Translations under genes and position numbers: made by a program
Notes under the pieces: generated by a model
What the model was told of the DNA's origin: nothing
Database searches by the model: none
The model's input: the letters and a program-made list of their open reading frames with translations, nothing else
Part shown: positions 60,182-64,000 of the stretch, piece by piece
Position numbering within the stretch: the stretch's first letter is position 1
Layout: each line of letters begins with the position of its first letter
Assembly (NCBI GenBank): GCA_963761055.1
Contig: CAVXFO010000008.1
Coordinates: 1,470-65,469 of the forward strand
Direction of reading: 5' to 3'
Source: an uncultured Actinomycetes bacterium
Lineage (GTDB): Bacteria; Actinomycetota; Acidimicrobiia; IMCC26256; PALSA-610
Length of the DNA stretch: 64,000 nt

Positions 60182-60619
60182 CTAGGCCTCCGACTCGTCT
60201 TCGTCGTCAAGGCCTTCGTCCGGCCAGTCGACGGGAGGACGAAGTTGGAGTGAGCCACCTATCAGCCGCTCGACGCGGTCACGTTCTGATTCTCCGCTCG
60301 CTGCGAGCGAAAGCCGCCAAGCTTCTACGTCAACCGCAATTTCTTGTGGACTCGCTTCCCGAGGGTTGGGCCAGAACGCCACGTGCTCCTCGTGCCCGTT
60401 GAGGAGCGAAACGACGACGACCGACCCGTCATTGCCAACAGCGACGGCGGCTATGTGAGACGCCAACATGCTCCCAGCTGTGCTTCCACGCCTCGTGAGG
60501 CCCAGCCCGACCCAGCTCAGCTGTTCGCCTTCCAGCTTGAAGGTGCCTTGCTTCGGACGCACTTTGGCTGGCGGAGTGTACGACGCGACCCGACCGAACC
60601 AAATTCTCTTGTTTTCCAT
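60182..60619 (-). CDS. hypothetical protein with acidic C-terminus
   Basis: 145-aa ORF with SD GGAGGAAGG; no recognised motif. Confidence 0.6.
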   Translation of the reverse strand: MENKRIWFGRVASYTPPAKVRPKQGTFKLEGEQLSWVGLGLTRRGSTAGSMLASHIAAVAVGNDGSVVVVSLLNGHEEHVAFWPNPREASPQEIAVDVEAWRLSLAASGESERDRVERLIGGSLQLRPPVDWPDEGLDDEDESEA

Positions 60620-60676
60620 GTTGCCTTCCTCCTCCGTCGAAGCGAAGGCTAAGACGTGCGTTCCCCTCGGCGACGG

Positions 60677-61300
60677 TCAAGCTTGTTGAGCCAGTCGTTC
60701 CTGCTCTCGCTTCCAGCGCCGCCGCCACACGCTGCGCGGCATGTAGCTGCGCGGCTTCCCAGCGAACCTGTCTTCGAGCCACCCGTTGTACTCGTCGGCC
60801 ATATGCCGGAGGTCACGCCGCGCTTTGCTTTGCTCGTGCTCCCATTTCTGTTGCTCGTCGCGCCACTCAACCGAGTCGTCACGCAAGCGGTCGGACGCCT
60901 GGTCCCATTCGTCCTTCGCAGACTCCAGTGGAATCAGCCGCATGAGCATGGCGTGCACGCGTTGCCGGTCGTAGCGGTGCGTCACGGCAGCCGAGTAATA
61001 GAGGCCGGTCAGAGCTTCCCGAATGGGTGCCGGGTAGTCAGGGTCGCGAAGTGCGTCGCGTAGCGCTGGCAACTTCACGGCGAAGGTTTCCGCGCGGGTT
61101 GAGCGCCGTACTTCGTCACGACTTGCCACGACTGCCGCCCACGCCGTTCCGAGCGCACCGAGCAGCACGCCAGCAATGAGGGTGACCACGAGACGGTGAG
61201 CGTACGACGCGCGTCGCCGCTGCACTGGGACACCCGCAAAATGTTGCTCCCTCACCTGTCCACCCCACGTTGGCGTGTGCATATAGAGGGCGTAGCGCAC
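60677..61300 (-). CDS. hypothetical membrane-anchored helical protein (start uncertain)
   Basis: One TM segment (LVVTLIAGVLLGALGTAWAAVV) and a charged coiled-coil-like C-terminus. Confidence 0.55.
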   Translation of the reverse strand: MRYALYMHTPTWGGQVREQHFAGVPVQRRRASYAHRLVVTLIAGVLLGALGTAWAAVVASRDEVRRSTRAETFAVKLPALRDALRDPDYPAPIREALTGLYYSAAVTHRYDRQRVHAMLMRLIPLESAKDEWDQASDRLRDDSVEWRDEQQKWEHEQSKARRDLRHMADEYNGWLEDRFAGKPRSYMPRSVWRRRWKREQERLAQQA

Positions 61301-61322
61301 CGCGCGGAGCCCGACGTAACTA

Positions 61323-62926
61323 CTTCGACCTGAAGAATCCGCCGTTGGGGTGAGCGGCCGTGTCGTGCTCGTGCGGTGGGGTGGCGCGTGCGATTCCGTG
61401 GGATTGACGGCTGGGCCGGTGGGCCGGGTCGGCGGTGATCATTGGAGGAGCCAGACGATCTTTACGAGGTTGTGGGCGAAAACGCCGTGTCCGCACCAGG
61501 TTCGGGCGCCGTGGAGCCCATCGATCCGGGTGCGTGCGAGACCGAAGTCGCGTTTCGCGCAGCTGATGCGTCCTTCGCAACCGGTTCGCCATCGGACCAT
61601 CTTGCGGAACGCTCGCCGGTTCTGGATCTCGCGTCGTTGCGTGTTCGGTTTCCCTTTACGCGGTAACACCACGTGACGCACACCAATCGCCCGCAACGCG
61701 TTCTTCGACCGCTTGTTCGCCGTAACCGCGATCGGCGGTCACCGCTTGGGGAACCCGTCCAGCACGTCGGGCGATCCGTTCGATCGCGGGTGCGAGCATC
61801 GGCGCGTCGGGCGGGTTGCCGCACTCGATGTTGTGATCGACGATCACGCCGTCTTCGTTATCGACGATCTGGGCTTTGTAACCGAACTCGACCGGGCGAC
61901 CGAGCCGGCCTTTACTGATAGGTCTGGCGTCGGGATCATGTAACGACACGACACGCGTCGCGCCTGACGGTGTGACACCCTCGACGACACGTTGACGGGT
62001 CTGGGCCGCGACGGCGTCGAGCCGTTCGGACAAGACGGCGAGATCCTCGATGATCGCTCGTTGGCGACCCGTGGCCTGATCACCCAACTCGCGGACTCGC
62101 CGGCTTCGCGTTGCGGATCACCGCCTGCGCTTCGCGGATGCTGGCTCGCGCCATCCCGACGAGTTCCGCATTGAGTCGATGCACCCGATCGCGCCGGCCG
62201 TCGTCGCGTTGACGCAACGTATTCACGCACATCACGCGCCCGGCGATACACCGAACGAGTCCGGTTCCGTAACGGTGTGCGCGTCGCCAAACCGACTCGC
62301 TCGGGCCGTCCCGCGAGCTTCGCCAGACGCGCAACACCCTTCGCCAACAGGCGACGAATCGACCGGATACGCGACGTTCGCTTCGACGACCGTCGTATCC
62401 GCCCGGACCCGGTTCGTCTTCAACACCCGAGCCTCAACGGCCTTCGCCATCAGGGGCTCGTTCAACCCATTCACCGCGGCCTCGCCACAACGGGTCGTGA
62501 TCTTCATCAACGTCGTCGGATGCGGCACCGTGCCACCCGAGCGGGATGCGACAGAACCGCTGCCAGCTGATCGAGTCGGCCACCTCCCGGCACAACGGTT
62601 CGAAGCCGAGCTTGTAGCGGAACTTCAAGAACATCAACCGCAAATACGTCTCGATCGGGACCGACGGCCGCCCCAACGAGGCATGAAAGAACCGCCGATA
62701 CGGCTCGAAGAACCGCTCATCATCGAGCAACCGATCGACCGCCTCGAGCTCCGCCGGCAACCGCCGACACATCTCGGGCAGGATCGACTCCCACAACGTG
62801 GGCTGGTCGTTTACCGTTCTCAACACGATGGCCTCGATCCGTACTAGTCCTACGGGTCGAGGCCATCATCCACCCATCGCGACCCAATCGCGAGCACCCA
62901 AACGGGCCGACTATTTCAGGTCGAAG
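61323..62926 (-). mobile_element. insertion sequence (ISNCY/IS5-like), about 1.6 kb
   Basis: Terminal IRs CTTCGACCTGAA (61323-61334) and TTCAGGTCGAAG (62915-62926); flanking direct repeat TAACTA (61317-61322, 62927-62932). Confidence 0.92.
61439..62826 (-). CDS. DDE transposase, several frameshifts
   Basis: GRPSVPIETYLRLMFLK, RADTTVVEANV, GRPVEFGYK, TADRGY and WRTGCEGRIS across frames. Confidence 0.9.
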
Positions 62927-63284
62927 TAACTAGTCACTCGTCACCGAGCATGGGGCCGAACGCGAAGCCCCAAGGCGTAGCGGGCGGAACCGTGCGCGTC
63001 TCCAGCTTCCTGTCGCCACGTGTCGCCCTCAGCTCATGACACCACAGGTGCAATGGTCAGCGCCACCACTCGAATGGCTGACTCGCACCCAACTTCGCTG
63101 TCGCCGCTGGGGCGGCTTCGCTGCGTCGGGCGCTCGTGAATAGGCACCCCACCAATGAAGAGAACGGGACCGGCCCTGAGTGCCTACACGTCGTGAGCAC
63201 GGAGAAGGTGGCCCCCGTCCGTCGTCACCTAGTCGCTCTCGTGTCACTCGTCGCGATCCGCCCCCAGCGGATCAGCGACTCGGT

Positions 63285-63440
63285 TCACGGCAACGGTGGG
63301 CTATGAACCGCCGCTCGGCGCGGTTGGGTTGGTGCGGCCGGTGCCAGGTCCGAGCAGTCGTGACCATCAGGTGGGAGCGGCTGACCGCACTTGCCACACG
63401 TTGCGGGCTTGTTGTCGTTCGGCTTGGCGCTCATGGTCAT
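63285..63440 (-). CDS. possible small Cys/His-rich protein
   Basis: CGKCGQPLPPDGHDC motif in a short ORF. Confidence 0.25.
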   Translation of the reverse strand: MTMSAKPNDNKPATCGKCGQPLPPDGHDCSDLAPAAPTQPRRAAVHSPPLP

Positions 63441-63700
63441 TGACGGTAGGAGCCTCACTCGTTTGACCGCCACCATTGTCGGGCCGTTTTTTAGGGTCGC
63501 CAACGGCACCCGTCCCAATGTCCCCTTTTCTCTCTCCTAGTCCCATTCGTCCCTTCCTTCGTCTCGGCAGCACAGAGCGCTATCAACAGTCCCGTAGAGT
63601 GGTAATAGGGCCAGCGCCGATCCCGGAGGGATCAGGCGCCAGGTCCGAAGTCGAAGAGTCGAGCACACGGCCGGTCGCGGGGACACGGAGGTTTCCCACG

Positions 63701-64000
63701 GTGGCAGAGCAAGTGTTCCTAGACCCCTCAACGGGTCGCACCTACACGTGGCGGCAATACGTCGCTGCTGTGCGTCGCAAGGTGCGCGCCGCCTTCCTGG
63801 TGTCAACGAAGCGTTGCTTGACGACGCCGTGCAGTACGGCCTAACCGACATGGTGCTTGCCTCCGAGCGGCATGAGCAGTTGCGGGTTGACGGCGGGCTG
63901 CTTCATTGGCCCTACGCAGTTCGGTGGGGTCGCCAGCGCGGTGCCAACACGTGGCGCGGTACTCCCGCAAGTACGGCCGTGAGCGCGCAGCCGGTGAACG
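63701..64000 (+). CDS. partial hypothetical protein, probable frameshift near 63797
   Basis: GGAGG followed by GTG at 63701; stitched read RQYVAAVRRKVRAAF/GVNEALLDDAVQYGLTDM. Confidence 0.3.

Larger units (their letters stand above)
58962..64000. mobile_element. integrative element / genomic island (right end outside the window)
   Basis: Tyrosine integrase at the boundary, visibly less GC3-biased sequence, orphan ORFs and a nested IS. Confidence 0.75.

Noticed and set aside
61320..61592. ORF ending GFFRSK at the IS end as the transposase C-terminus
   Set aside because: The conserved C-terminal transposase motifs are in the frame ending at 61439.

Overview
High-GC actinobacterial chromosome segment, most likely class Acidimicrobiia (inferred from mIHF, clpS-DUF2017, DUF1844-infC and a type IV pilus cluster next to aroC). 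Bases 1-52.5 kb are core genes, nearly all on the minus strand: arg operon, pheST, infC-rpmI-rplT, hisG, rib operon with FMN riboswitch, rpe-rsmB-fmt-def-priA-metK-coaBC-rpoZ-gmk-mIHF, pyr/car operon with a PyrR-binding loop, a MoxR/DUF58/transglutaminase triad, clpS, nusB, efp and aro genes. Bases 52.6-58.9 kb are a type IV pilus locus: pilO, a PilM-PilN fusion, a small Xis/BldC-like HTH, pilD, two pilins each behind a sigma-28-like motif, and a GT-C-type membrane protein. From about 58.96 kb to the end lies an integrative element with a tyrosine integrase, orphan cargo and a nested IS, abutting what looks like the last codons of pilC. Many essential genes are split by single-base frameshifts, probably sequencing or assembly indels. 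Most notable: (i) three dispersed 62-bp AT-rich palindromic elements with conserved arms and a fixed-length 18-nt unique core, two of which sit at operon junctions inside mini-ORFs that overlap both neighbours by RTGA (MIRU-like behaviour); (ii) an apparent pilC-targeting integrative element; (iii) the regulatory and glycosylation architecture of the pilin locus.
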